A program made the position numbers and the translations under genes. Below the pieces are notes generated by a model. It was not told where the DNA came from, did not search any database, and saw only the letters and a program-made list of their open reading frames with translations. A DNA stretch of 64,000 nucleotides, from positions 2,091,729 to 2,155,728 of the forward strand of contig OZ242020.1 of NCBI GenBank assembly GCA_965204875.1, read 5' to 3'. This DNA comes from Candidatus Aldehydirespirator sp. (GTDB lineage: Bacteria; Actinomycetota; Acidimicrobiia; Acidimicrobiales; Aldehydirespiratoraceae). This document shows, in pieces, positions 1 through 8,541 of the stretch (positions are counted from its first letter, which is position 1; each line of letters begins with the position of its first letter).

Positions 1-248
1 TGGCTGCTGAGGACGGTGACGGTGGCGTCTCGAGCGGGCAGGTGGCGGAGCGCCTCGGCAAGTCCCACAGCGACCTGGGGCCTCACCGCGACCAGTTGAT
101 CCGCAAGGGACTCATCTACCCGCCCGAACGCGGCACGGTCGCCTTCACGGCACCCGGCATGGCCGCCTACATCAGAAGACTCAAGGAGGACCCCAACCCC
201 TTGCGTCGCAGCCCACCCGCTCTGTCACACCCCTCGGTAGGGTCGTAG
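1..248 (+). CDS. Partial CDS (3' end, continues upstream of window): winged-helix-like C-terminal tail, possibly of an ATPase-type protein
   Basis: Frame 3 is open from nt 3 to TAG 246-248 (AAEDGDGGVSSGQVAERLGKSHSDLGPHRDQLIRKGLIYPPERGTVAFTAPGMAAYIRRLKE...). The KGLIY..P.RG.VAFT.P pattern resembles wHTH tails I recall from AAA/STAND-like ATPases. The N-terminus is not visible, so the family call is weak. Confidence 0.4.
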   Translation, partial: AAEDGDGGVSSGQVAERLGKSHSDLGPHRDQLIRKGLIYPPERGTVAFTAPGMAAYIRRLKEDPNPLRRSPPALSHPSVGS

Positions 249-279
249 GGCAAGGGCGGCAGGATCAGGAGGACGCACC

Positions 280-2019
280 ATGAGGCTGGATTTCGAGGGC
301 AAGCAGCAGATTTACGGCCACCACCTGACCGTGCCCCTGTCACCCCTCGTGCCGGACGACAGCAAGTCTGTGCTGACCGATGACGGAAAACGTGACAACG
401 ACAACCTGATCATCCACGGCGACAATCTTTACGCGCTCAAGGCGCTGATGCCCAAGTATGCCGGGCGCGTCAAGTGCATTTACATCGATCCGCCATACAA
501 CACCGGCAACAACGGCTGGATCTATAGCGACAACATGAACAGCCTGCAGCTCAAGCGGTGGTTCGAGAAACAGTCTCCGGTCGACGGGGAGGATCTGGAG
601 TGCCATGACAAGTGGTGCTGCATGATCTGGCCACGACTGCACTTGCTCAGGGCTCTGCTGGCCGACGAAGGCACCATCTTCATATCGATAGACGACAACG
701 AATACCACCATCTGCGGATGTTGATGGACGAGATATTCGGGTCGGCAAACTATTTCGGAACATTCGTCTGGGAGGGCGGCCGGAAGAATGACGCGAAATA
801 TATCTCGGTCGGGCACGACTATATCCTCTGCTATGCACGCGATGCGGAGAAGATGACGCAGAACACAAGCCGTTGGCGTGCCATGAAGGAAGGAGTAGAC
901 GAGATCAACCGGGTCGCGAAGTCCTTGCAGGAAAAGCATCAAGATGACTATCGGAGCGCCTCCGCAGAACTGCAGGAGTGGTTTGGGTCTTTGGACAAGA
1001 GGCACAAGTCCTTCCCACACAGGCACTATTGCTGGATGGACGAGCGTGGCGTGTACTTCCCAGACAATAGTTCTTGGCCCGGAGGCGGAGGTCCGCGATA
1101 CAGCATAGACCATCCGGTCACAGGCAAGCCGGTCAAAGTACCGGCTCGCGGCTGGGTGATTTCAGATCGAGCCAAGATGTTGGAAACAATCAAGGAGGGC
1201 CGTATCCACTTCGGGCACGATGAGACGACGGTACCGCAGTTGAAGCGCTACTTGAATGAGACCGACGGCCAGGTGCTGGCGAGTGTCTTCTACCAGGACC
1301 GTCGAGGTGCCACAAAGTCACTACGAGACATCCTGCCAGAGCTGCCCTTTCCATATCCCAAGGACGCGCGCGTGATTGGCCGGCTCCTGGAAATCGTGAC
1401 CTCAGATGATGATATAGTTCTTGATTCTTTCGCCGGCTCCGGCACGACGGCGCAGGCGGTGCTGGCGCTCAACGCATCCGACGGCGGCAACCGCAAGTTC
1501 ATATTGGTCGAGTGCGAGGACTACGCCGACACCATAACGGCTGAACGAGTGCGACGGGTGATGGCGGGCGCGCCAAAGTCCAAGGACAAGTCACTACGTG
1601 CGGGCCTGGGAGGATCGTTCACCTACTCTACGCTGGGCGATCCTCTCTTGGCATCCGACATGTTGCGTGGCGATGCTCTCCCTAGCTACGGTGACATGGC
1701 TACCTTCGTCTACTACACTGCAACGGGCAGAACCATAGATCCGGCTAGCTTCGAGCTTTCGGGTGAAGTTCCGTTTTACAGCGATCGCAGCCGCGAATAC
1801 TGGTTACTCTATCGTGCGGATCTGGACTGGCTCAGGAGTCCCGAGTCAGCATTGTCCGAAGTGGCGCTGGATCATGTGATGTCCTATGCGAACGGAACCA
1901 ACGGGAGTGACCGCAGAATAGCCGTGTTCGCCTCGCACAAGCACATCCCGCAACGCAAGCTGGCACGTCTCGGCGTTACCTTCTGCCAGCTCCCGTTTGT
2001 GGATGAGGTTGTGTCTTAG
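280..2019 (+). CDS. mod: Type III restriction-modification Mod subunit (beta-class N6A/N4C DNA methyltransferase)
   Basis: 579-aa ORF with AGGAGG a few nt upstream of the ATG. Catalytic motif IV DPPY (IYIDPPYNTGNNGW) lies near the N-terminus and AdoMet motif I FAGSGTTAQAV near the C-terminus, giving the IV-TRD-I order. The stop directly abuts the res start (TAGATG). Confidence 0.85.
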   Translation: MRLDFEGKQQIYGHHLTVPLSPLVPDDSKSVLTDDGKRDNDNLIIHGDNLYALKALMPKYAGRVKCIYIDPPYNTGNNGWIYSDNMNSLQLKRWFEKQSPVDGEDLECHDKWCCMIWPRLHLLRALLADEGTIFISIDDNEYHHLRMLMDEIFGSANYFGTFVWEGGRKNDAKYISVGHDYILCYARDAEKMTQNTSRWRAMKEGVDEINRVAKSLQEKHQDDYRSASAELQEWFGSLDKRHKSFPHRHYCWMDERGVYFPDNSSWPGGGGPRYSIDHPVTGKPVKVPARGWVISDRAKMLETIKEGRIHFGHDETTVPQLKRYLNETDGQVLASVFYQDRRGATKSLRDILPELPFPYPKDARVIGRLLEIVTSDDDIVLDSFAGSGTTAQAVLALNASDGGNRKFILVECEDYADTITAERVRRVMAGAPKSKDKSLRAGLGGSFTYSTLGDPLLASDMLRGDALPSYGDMATFVYYTATGRTIDPASFELSGEVPFYSDRSREYWLLYRADLDWLRSPESALSEVALDHVMSYANGTNGSDRRIAVFASHKHIPQRKLARLGVTFCQLPFVDEVVS

Positions 2020-4446
2020 ATGGAACTCAAGCGCTACCAAGAGCGAGCCCTGGAGCGGCTGTCCACGTGGTTCGAGCACCTTTTGAGTCACACCGCATCT
2101 CCGGCGCATGCCTGGGAGTCTATGGGATCTGAGATGCCGTTGCCACCTTTCCGCGAACGGCGCGTCGCTGAGTTGAGCAAGCCGATCCCTCATGTCTGCC
2201 TCAAGGTCCCGACGGGCGGCGGGAAGACCCTACTCGGAGTCGAGGCGTTGGCGAGGTACAGGATGCGCACGGGACTTGTGCTCTGGATGGTGCCAAGCAG
2301 GGCAATCTATGAGCAGACCAGGAAGGCTCTGTGGACCCGGCAGCACCCTTATCGGGTTGCGTTGGATCGGGGATGCGGCGGACGGGCCAAGATGATGGAG
2401 AAATCCTACAACCTACAGAGATACGACATCGAGAACCACCTCTGTTTCATGCTGATCTCGCTGCAGTCTGCGAGAAGGAGGAACAACAAGGAGTTCTTGA
2501 AGATGTTTCAAGAATCCGGATACTATTCCACTTTCTTTCCGGATCAGGATGACGAGGCTGGAATGGACCTGTTGCGTGAGCGCGATCTCAGGCTGGATCT
2601 CGACGGCAGCAGAATTCTGCGAACCCAGGCCAACGTGTTCAAGATATGCGAACCGGTCATTGTGCTGGACGAGGCACATAAGGCTTATGGCACGAATAAC
2701 CAGGATGAGCTATGGGACAGTTGGGTGAACCAGTTCAACCCGCAACTTGTGTTGGAGTTGTCCGCTACTCCCGACGAGACCAAGAGCAACATATTGGTCG
2801 ATGTGGGCGGCACTGATCTCAAGGAAGAGGAGATGATCAAGCTGCCGATCCACGTGACCGGCCACGGCGCCACACGGTCCTGGCAGGACGTGTTGCGGAG
2901 TGCAGAGTCACAACTGGAGGAGTTGTCCGACGCCGCCACTCGAATGCCGGACGACCGGCGCATCAGACCGATGGCTGTGGTCAGGGTGCCTCGCACCGGC
3001 AAGGATCAGCGGAAGGGTGGGCATCTTCACGCCGAGGATGTTCGAGAGTTCCTCGTTTGCACGCTCGGCTTCAGCGATGACGAGGTGAGGGTGCAGTCCG
3101 GCGAGACGAAGGAGTTGGACGGCGAGGACTTGATGTCGGATGAGTGCCGTGTCAGATGGATCATCACGAAGGATGCCTTGAAGGAGGGCTGGGACTGCTC
3201 CTTCGCATACATCCTCGTGCTTCTGGACAACACCAGAGCCCAGATCACGGTAACGCAGATGATGGGTCGTGTGCTCCGGCAGCCCTACGCCCGGTTGACC
3301 GGGATTCCAGCACTGGACCGATGCTACGTGCACTGCAGCGATGTCGGCGTTGACAAGGCGGTGGACTTCGTGCGACGTGAGCTGGAGAGGGACGGCTTCG
3401 GGGATCTTGAGGGTCAGGTATTCGGTGTTGAGCGAGAAGCGGAACCTCCCCTCACGATCAACCGCCGCCCAAAAATAGATCGCAATCTCGCCAGACTGCC
3501 GCAGGTGCTTCGCGGTGACGGAAGCGATTTCGACTATGAGCTGGACATCCTGGCTTCCGTTGAATGGGAGAAAGTCGATGTTCCGTCGGGGTGGGACGAC
3601 CTGTACGCATCCGTAGGCGGGCAGAGTGCCATGCTGGATTTCGATGGCGACACGTTCTCGAGAGCTCTGCCTCAGGACGAGGTGCTGCCTTCCGGCGATG
3701 AGCAGGATCGGACGGACGAGCGGCGGGGCGTCGGCGGGCACGATGAGTTTGATCTGGAATGGCACGTTCGGCAGCTCAGGGAGGCCGTCCCGAACCCGTG
3801 GCAGGCTGCCAGACTAGCGTTGGAGGCCAGGGATCAAGTTCACAGCGAGGGCTTTGACGACCAGTGGATGCGACCCAGGCGGGCTGCGTTCGTCAGCAGG
3901 ATCGTTCACCATGTCAACGAGCAGGTCGACAGGTTGGCAGAGCAGATTTTCGAGCGAAAACTCAAGGCTGGCGCGATCAAGTTTGATATGGATATGCCGT
4001 TCGAGTTTGAAGACTGCTATGAGGTGCACATTCCGGTCAAGGGACAGTTTCCTCTAGACGTCAAGCGTAGCCTGTTCTCACCGTACTACGGGCACGACCT
4101 CAACCGTATTGAGCGATTGTATGCGATCTACTTGGACAAGGAGGACGCGATCCGGTGGTGGCACCGGGTGGCTGCGCGTGTTCCAGGCGAGTATAAGTTG
4201 CAGGGCTGGCGCAAGGACAGCGTCTATCCCGACTTCGTAGCTCTACGTGTTAACGACGTGATTGTCGTGCATGAGACAAAGGGCGGGCACCTCCAAGGCA
4301 ACGATGACACGTTGTACAAGCAGCGCTTGCTGGCCTGCCTGCAACAGCACTTCAACGATTCGGGAATCATCAGCCTGCATGGCACGGCGATGTCGGGTGA
4401 CTTCCGAATCGTCTTTGAGAACGAGATTCACGCGATGCACGCCTGA
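2020..4446 (+). CDS. res: Type III restriction enzyme Res subunit (SF2 helicase plus C-terminal PD-(D/E)xK-like nuclease)
   Basis: 808-aa ORF. Helicase motif I VPTGGGKT, motif II VLDEAH, LSATP, and a QMMGRVLRQ motif VI-like segment. C-terminal YPDF...VVHETKG resembles PD-ExK. Contiguous and co-oriented with mod. Confidence 0.85.
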   Translation: MELKRYQERALERLSTWFEHLLSHTASPAHAWESMGSEMPLPPFRERRVAELSKPIPHVCLKVPTGGGKTLLGVEALARYRMRTGLVLWMVPSRAIYEQTRKALWTRQHPYRVALDRGCGGRAKMMEKSYNLQRYDIENHLCFMLISLQSARRRNNKEFLKMFQESGYYSTFFPDQDDEAGMDLLRERDLRLDLDGSRILRTQANVFKICEPVIVLDEAHKAYGTNNQDELWDSWVNQFNPQLVLELSATPDETKSNILVDVGGTDLKEEEMIKLPIHVTGHGATRSWQDVLRSAESQLEELSDAATRMPDDRRIRPMAVVRVPRTGKDQRKGGHLHAEDVREFLVCTLGFSDDEVRVQSGETKELDGEDLMSDECRVRWIITKDALKEGWDCSFAYILVLLDNTRAQITVTQMMGRVLRQPYARLTGIPALDRCYVHCSDVGVDKAVDFVRRELERDGFGDLEGQVFGVEREAEPPLTINRRPKIDRNLARLPQVLRGDGSDFDYELDILASVEWEKVDVPSGWDDLYASVGGQSAMLDFDGDTFSRALPQDEVLPSGDEQDRTDERRGVGGHDEFDLEWHVRQLREAVPNPWQAARLALEARDQVHSEGFDDQWMRPRRAAFVSRIVHHVNEQVDRLAEQIFERKLKAGAIKFDMDMPFEFEDCYEVHIPVKGQFPLDVKRSLFSPYYGHDLNRIERLYAIYLDKEDAIRWWHRVAARVPGEYKLQGWRKDSVYPDFVALRVNDVIVVHETKGGHLQGNDDTLYKQRLLACLQQHFNDSGIISLHGTAMSGDFRIVFENEIHAMHA

Positions 4447-4513
4447 ATGTCGGGTGTTGCGGCTGGGCAAACACGAGCGAGTTGTCGCACATTGACGAGG
4501 TGAAGGGGAGCGT

Positions 4514-5656
4514 ATGGGACCTTTGAGTGGTATTCGGGTCATTGAGATCGTCGGCATCGGGCCGGGGCCGTTCTGTGCCATGATGCTGGCGGACATGGGC
4601 GCCGACGTGGTGCGGGTGGACCGGGCTTCGGCGGTGCGCGGCGGCGATCCGGCCAGGCCGCCCCGCGACCTGCTCAACCGGGGCCGGCGCTCCGTCGGGG
4701 TCGACCTCAAGTCGCCGCAGGGCACCGAGACGGTGCTCTCGCTGGTCGAGGGGGCCGACGCGCTGCTAGAAGGCTTCCGCCCCGGCGTGGCCGAGCGGCT
4801 CGGCATCGGCCCCGACGACTGCCTGGCCCGCAACCGGCGCCTCGTCTACGGCCGCATGACCGGCTGGGGCCAGCACGGCCCCTACGCCCAGGCTGCGGGC
4901 CACGACCTCAACTACATCGCCCTATCGGGAGCGCTGCACGCCATCGGACGCCGCGGCGAGGCGCCGGTGCCCCCGCTCAACCTCGTCGGCGACTTCGGCG
5001 GGGGCGGCATGTACCTGGCCTTCGGCATGGTCTGCGCGCTGCTGGAGGCCCGCTCCTCCGGGCGGGGCCAGGTCGTGGACGCGGCCATGGTCGATGGTGC
5101 CGCTTCGCTGATGACGGCGTTCTACGGGATGGTCGGCTCCGGCTTCTGGAGCGAGGAGCGGGGCACCAACATGCTCGACACCGGCGCCCACTTCTACAAC
5201 GTCTATGAGACAGCCGACGGCGAGTACATCTCGCTCGGGCCGATCGAGCCCCAGTTCTACGCGGAGCTGCGCGAGCGGCTCGGGCTGAGCGAGGCTGAAT
5301 GGGACGCCCAGATGGATCGTTCCCGCTGGCCCGAGCTGAAGGAGAGGCTGGCGGCGGTGGTGGCACAGCGCACCCGGGAGGAGTGGTGCGAGCTGTTGGA
5401 GGGAACCGACACGTGCTTCGCCCCGGTGCTCTCGGTGGCGGAGGCGCCCGGCCATGCCCACAATCGTGAGCGGGCCACGTTCACCGAGGTGGCAGAGGTG
5501 GTGCAGCCGAGCCCGGCGCCCCGCTTCAGCCGCACTCCCGGCGCGATCCGCCGCCCGCCCCCCCACGCCGGCCAGCACACCGACGAGATCCTCGCCGAGC
5601 TCGGTCTCGACGCCGCCGCGATCGCCGCCCTGCGCTCCTCCGGCACCGTTGCTTGA
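4514..5656 (+). CDS. CoA-transferase family III protein, alpha-methylacyl-CoA racemase-like
   Basis: 380-aa ORF. The N-terminus [34 protein letters not shown] and [13 protein letters not shown] are characteristic of CaiB/BaiF/Amacr-type enzymes. The GC shift to about 70% starts here. Confidence 0.85.
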   Translation: MGPLSGIRVIEIVGIGPGPFCAMMLADMGADVVRVDRASAVRGGDPARPPRDLLNRGRRSVGVDLKSPQGTETVLSLVEGADALLEGFRPGVAERLGIGPDDCLARNRRLVYGRMTGWGQHGPYAQAAGHDLNYIALSGALHAIGRRGEAPVPPLNLVGDFGGGGMYLAFGMVCALLEARSSGRGQVVDAAMVDGAASLMTAFYGMVGSGFWSEERGTNMLDTGAHFYNVYETADGEYISLGPIEPQFYAELRERLGLSEAEWDAQMDRSRWPELKERLAAVVAQRTREEWCELLEGTDTCFAPVLSVAEAPGHAHNRERATFTEVAEVVQPSPAPRFSRTPGAIRRPPPHAGQHTDEILAELGLDAAAIAALRSSGTVA

Positions 5657-5683
5657 GACCCGCCGGGAACCTTGAGACCCGCA

Positions 5684-5698
5684 GGGGGGGGGGGGGGG
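5684..5698. repeat. G15 homopolymer in the intergenic region
   Basis: Counted directly: gca + 15 G + ca. It lies 28 nt after the stop of the CoA-transferase gene and about 140 nt before GTG 5838. It is preceded by a 20-bp-period duplication of the stop region (cTTGAGACCCGC x2 at 5652-5682). Confidence 0.9.
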
Positions 5699-5837
5699 CA
5701 GGTGACCGCACCGCCGTCGGTCCGACCCTCGTATGGCGAGACCGTGGTATCACGCGCAGGGTCTCTGAGGTGCGGGACAGGCCCGGCGAGCGTGCCGTAC
5801 TCGCTTAGGTGAGCAAGGTGGCTGAGGGTCGGCGAGC

Positions 5838-6221
5838 GTGACCGCACCGGCGTCCGCGGTGGCAGACGTGCATGTCTGGTTCTCCTGGGTGGTGATCGTC
5901 TCCAACGCGGCCGCGGGACTCTGGGCGCTGGCGGCGCACTGGCATGTCCGGCTCAGGCACGGCGCACTCTGGGTACTGGTGGCGCTGGCTCAGCTGAGCG
6001 TGTTCGTCCAGGCAGGGCTGGGGACGTGGCTGATCGCTCGCGAGGATCGGCAGGCGCCCGACCTTCACGCCCTCTACGGCTTCTCGGCACTGGTGGCCGT
6101 CGGCATCGCCTACAGCTATCGCCAGCAGCTGCGCGACCACGTCTGGCTCCTCTACGGCGGCACCGGTCTCTTCCTGATGGGGCTGGGGATCAGAGCCGTC
6201 ATCCTCGACGGCGTCGCCTGA
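5838..6221 (+). CDS. Small integral membrane protein (about four hydrophobic helices), function unknown
   Basis: 127-aa ORF with hydrophobic segments (WFSWVVIVSNAAAGLWALAA, ALWVLVALAQLSVFVQAGLGTWLI, LYGFSALVAVGIAYS, LLYGGTGLFLMGLGIRAVIL). No recognisable family. Confidence 0.5.
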   Translation: MTAPASAVADVHVWFSWVVIVSNAAAGLWALAAHWHVRLRHGALWVLVALAQLSVFVQAGLGTWLIAREDRQAPDLHALYGFSALVAVGIAYSYRQQLRDHVWLLYGGTGLFLMGLGIRAVILDGVA

Positions 6222-6361
6222 TCCGGCCCGGCATCGCTCCGCATGGGGCTGGGGATCTGATCCTGCCCGGCACCGCTCGGCGCGATCTGGTCGTGGCGTT
6301 CGGCGAAGCGCAGAGCCGGTTCAGGTGATCTCGCCCGGCGCCGCCTGGCGCTCGGCGCGAT

Positions 6362-6583
6362 CTAGAGGTCCGGCGTGCCCATGTCGACCTCGGAGCCGAG
6401 GCGCAGGCGGGTGGCCCGACCCTCGCCGTCGAGGTCGAAGTTCACACGCTGTCCCGGGCGCAGCATCCGGAACAGCGACCCCTCGAGCGCGTCCTGCGCC
6501 AGGTCCACGTCGGCCAGGTCGGTCTCGCTCACCAGCACACCGTCACCGGTGATGGGGTCGTAGCTCTTGATCACGCCCTGCAC
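6362..6583 (-). CDS. Small protein with an OB/cold-shock-like N-terminal pattern, function unknown
   Basis: 73-aa ORF (MQGVIKSYDPITGDGVLVSETD...) whose G.IK.YD...G.G.L pattern is reminiscent of CSD beta strands. Divergent from the DAK2 gene. The other frames over this span look like GC artefacts. Confidence 0.45.
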   Translation of the reverse strand: MQGVIKSYDPITGDGVLVSETDLADVDLAQDALEGSLFRMLRPGQRVNFDLDGEGRATRLRLGSEVDMGTPDL

Positions 6584-6630
6584 GCCAACAGCCTACTCAC
6601 GGACGCCGGTCGCGGGGGTCGGTATCATCA

Positions 6631-8511
6631 ATGCCCGTGGTCGTCCCCGTTCTTGACGCGCCGGCATTGCGACGTGTGATGCACCGCTTCCACGGCGGGC
6701 TGGCCGCGCACCGCCAGGCGATCGACAACCTGAACGTCTACCCGGTGCCCGACGGCGACACGGGCACGAACATGACCCTCACAATGCAGTCGGTCACCGA
6801 GGGGCTCGACGGGGTCGGCGAAGGCGTCGAGCCGCTCTGTGCCGCCATAGCCCACGGAGCGCTAATGGGCGCGCGCGGCAACTCGGGAGTGATCCTGGCG
6901 CAGATCATGCGCGGCGTCTCCGGGGTGCTGCGCGACGCGGCCGCCCAGGGCGGCACGCTGGACGCGCCCGTGGTCGCACGAGCGCTGACCGCGGCCAGCG
7001 ACGGCGCCTACTCAGCCGTCGCCCGGCCGGTGGAGGGCACGATCCTGACGGTGATCCGGGAGGCCTCGGAGTCTGCGCAGGCAGCGGCGGGCGCGGGCGC
7101 GGGCCTGGCCGAGACGCTGGAGGCGGCCCGCGAGCGGGGCTATGACGCGCTGCGGCGCACACCTCAGATGCTGGCCGTGCTGGCCGAGGCGGGCGTGGTG
7201 GACGCCGGCGGCGCGGGGCTGATGCTGCTGATCGACGCCTGCCTCGCCGAGCTCGACGGCCGTGAGATGCCCCAAGCCCCCACCGACGGCACCGGGACAG
7301 CGCCCGCCGCGCTGGCCGGCGCGGCGCACCCGGTCGAGGAGTCCTCCATAGCCGAGCTGCGATACGAGGTGATGTTCCTGCTCGACGCCTCCGACGCGGC
7401 TGTGGACGGTTTCAAGCGCGCCTGGGCGCAGGTAGGCGACTCGATAGTGGTGGTGGGCGGCGACGGCATCTGGAACTGCCACATCCACACAGACGACATC
7501 GGCGCCGCGGTGGAGGCCGGGATCGCCGCGGGCCGCCCGCACCGCATCGCAGTGACCGACCTGCTCGATCAGGCCGCCGAGCACTCCGAGTCCTTCGCGG
7601 CGGCCGAGGCCGCCAAGCAAGCCGACCCCGGCCCGAGCCTCGACCCCGGCCCGAGCGACGGCCCAAGTCCCAGCCCCAGCCCGCATCTCAGCGCCGGCCC
7701 GAGTCCTAGCCTCAGTCCCGGCCCAAGTCCCAGCCTCGACCCCGGACCGAACCCCAGTCCCGGCCCCAACCCCGTCGGCGGCCGGCTCGACGGCGCGGGC
7801 GCCTCGCGGGAGCCGGTGGCGGGTCCGCCGGCGCCGGTGGCCATCACCGCGGCCTACCGCTGCGCAGTGGTGGCCGTAGGCGCCGGGGCGGGCGTGGAGG
7901 CCATCCTCACGTCCATGGGCGCCGGCCGGGTCGTGACGGGCGGCCAGTCCATGAACCCGTCCACGGCCGAGCTCGTGGCGGCCGTCGACTCGCTGCCGGC
8001 GGGCCATGTGGTGCTGCTGCCCAACAACAAGAACATCATCCCGGTGGCCGAGCAGGTCGACGCCCACACCGAGCGCGAGGTGAGCGTGGTGCCGACCCGC
8101 AGCGTCGTGGAGGGGATGGCCGCCCTGCTCGCCTTCTCCACCGCCGCCGCCGCAGCCCAGAACCATCAGGCGATGAGCGCCGCGGCCGCGGCCGTCACCG
8201 CCGCCGAGGTCACGCAGGCGGTGAGGGACGCATCCAGCCCTGCCGGCCCGATCCGTGCCGGGGACTGGCTCGGCGTCGCACCCGCCGGCATCGCCTCCAT
8301 CGCCCCGGACGCCGCCACCGTGGCCACAGCACTGCTCGACGCCATCATCGACGAGAGCCACGAGCTGCTGACCGTCATCACCGGCGCGGACGCGCAAGAG
8401 TCCGTCACAGCCGCCGTGCAGGCCCACATGCAGCGGCATCACCCTCAGGTGGAGGTCGAGGTAACCGAAGGCGGGCAGCCGCTCTACCCCTACTACTTCG
8501 GCCTCGAGTAG
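6631..8511 (+). CDS. DAK2 domain fusion protein (YloV-like), with a Pro/Ser/Gly-rich insertion
   Basis: 626-aa ORF. The N-terminal LNVYPVPDGDTGTNM...GARGNSGVILAQ is the DhaL/DAK2 signature. The C-terminal half is YloV-like. A low-complexity PGPSLDPGPSDGPSPSPSP...PGPNPSPGPNP linker spans about 7620-7790. Sits immediately upstream of recG, as is usual. Confidence 0.85.
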   Translation: MPVVVPVLDAPALRRVMHRFHGGLAAHRQAIDNLNVYPVPDGDTGTNMTLTMQSVTEGLDGVGEGVEPLCAAIAHGALMGARGNSGVILAQIMRGVSGVLRDAAAQGGTLDAPVVARALTAASDGAYSAVARPVEGTILTVIREASESAQAAAGAGAGLAETLEAARERGYDALRRTPQMLAVLAEAGVVDAGGAGLMLLIDACLAELDGREMPQAPTDGTGTAPAALAGAAHPVEESSIAELRYEVMFLLDASDAAVDGFKRAWAQVGDSIVVVGGDGIWNCHIHTDDIGAAVEAGIAAGRPHRIAVTDLLDQAAEHSESFAAAEAAKQADPGPSLDPGPSDGPSPSPSPHLSAGPSPSLSPGPSPSLDPGPNPSPGPNPVGGRLDGAGASREPVAGPPAPVAITAAYRCAVVAVGAGAGVEAILTSMGAGRVVTGGQSMNPSTAELVAAVDSLPAGHVVLLPNNKNIIPVAEQVDAHTEREVSVVPTRSVVEGMAALLAFSTAAAAAQNHQAMSAAAAAVTAAEVTQAVRDASSPAGPIRAGDWLGVAPAGIASIAPDAATVATALLDAIIDESHELLTVITGADAQESVTAAVQAHMQRHHPQVEVEVTEGGQPLYPYYFGLE

Positions 8512-8541
8512 GCCCGAGCGGCTGCTTCGGCGCGAGGTCCC

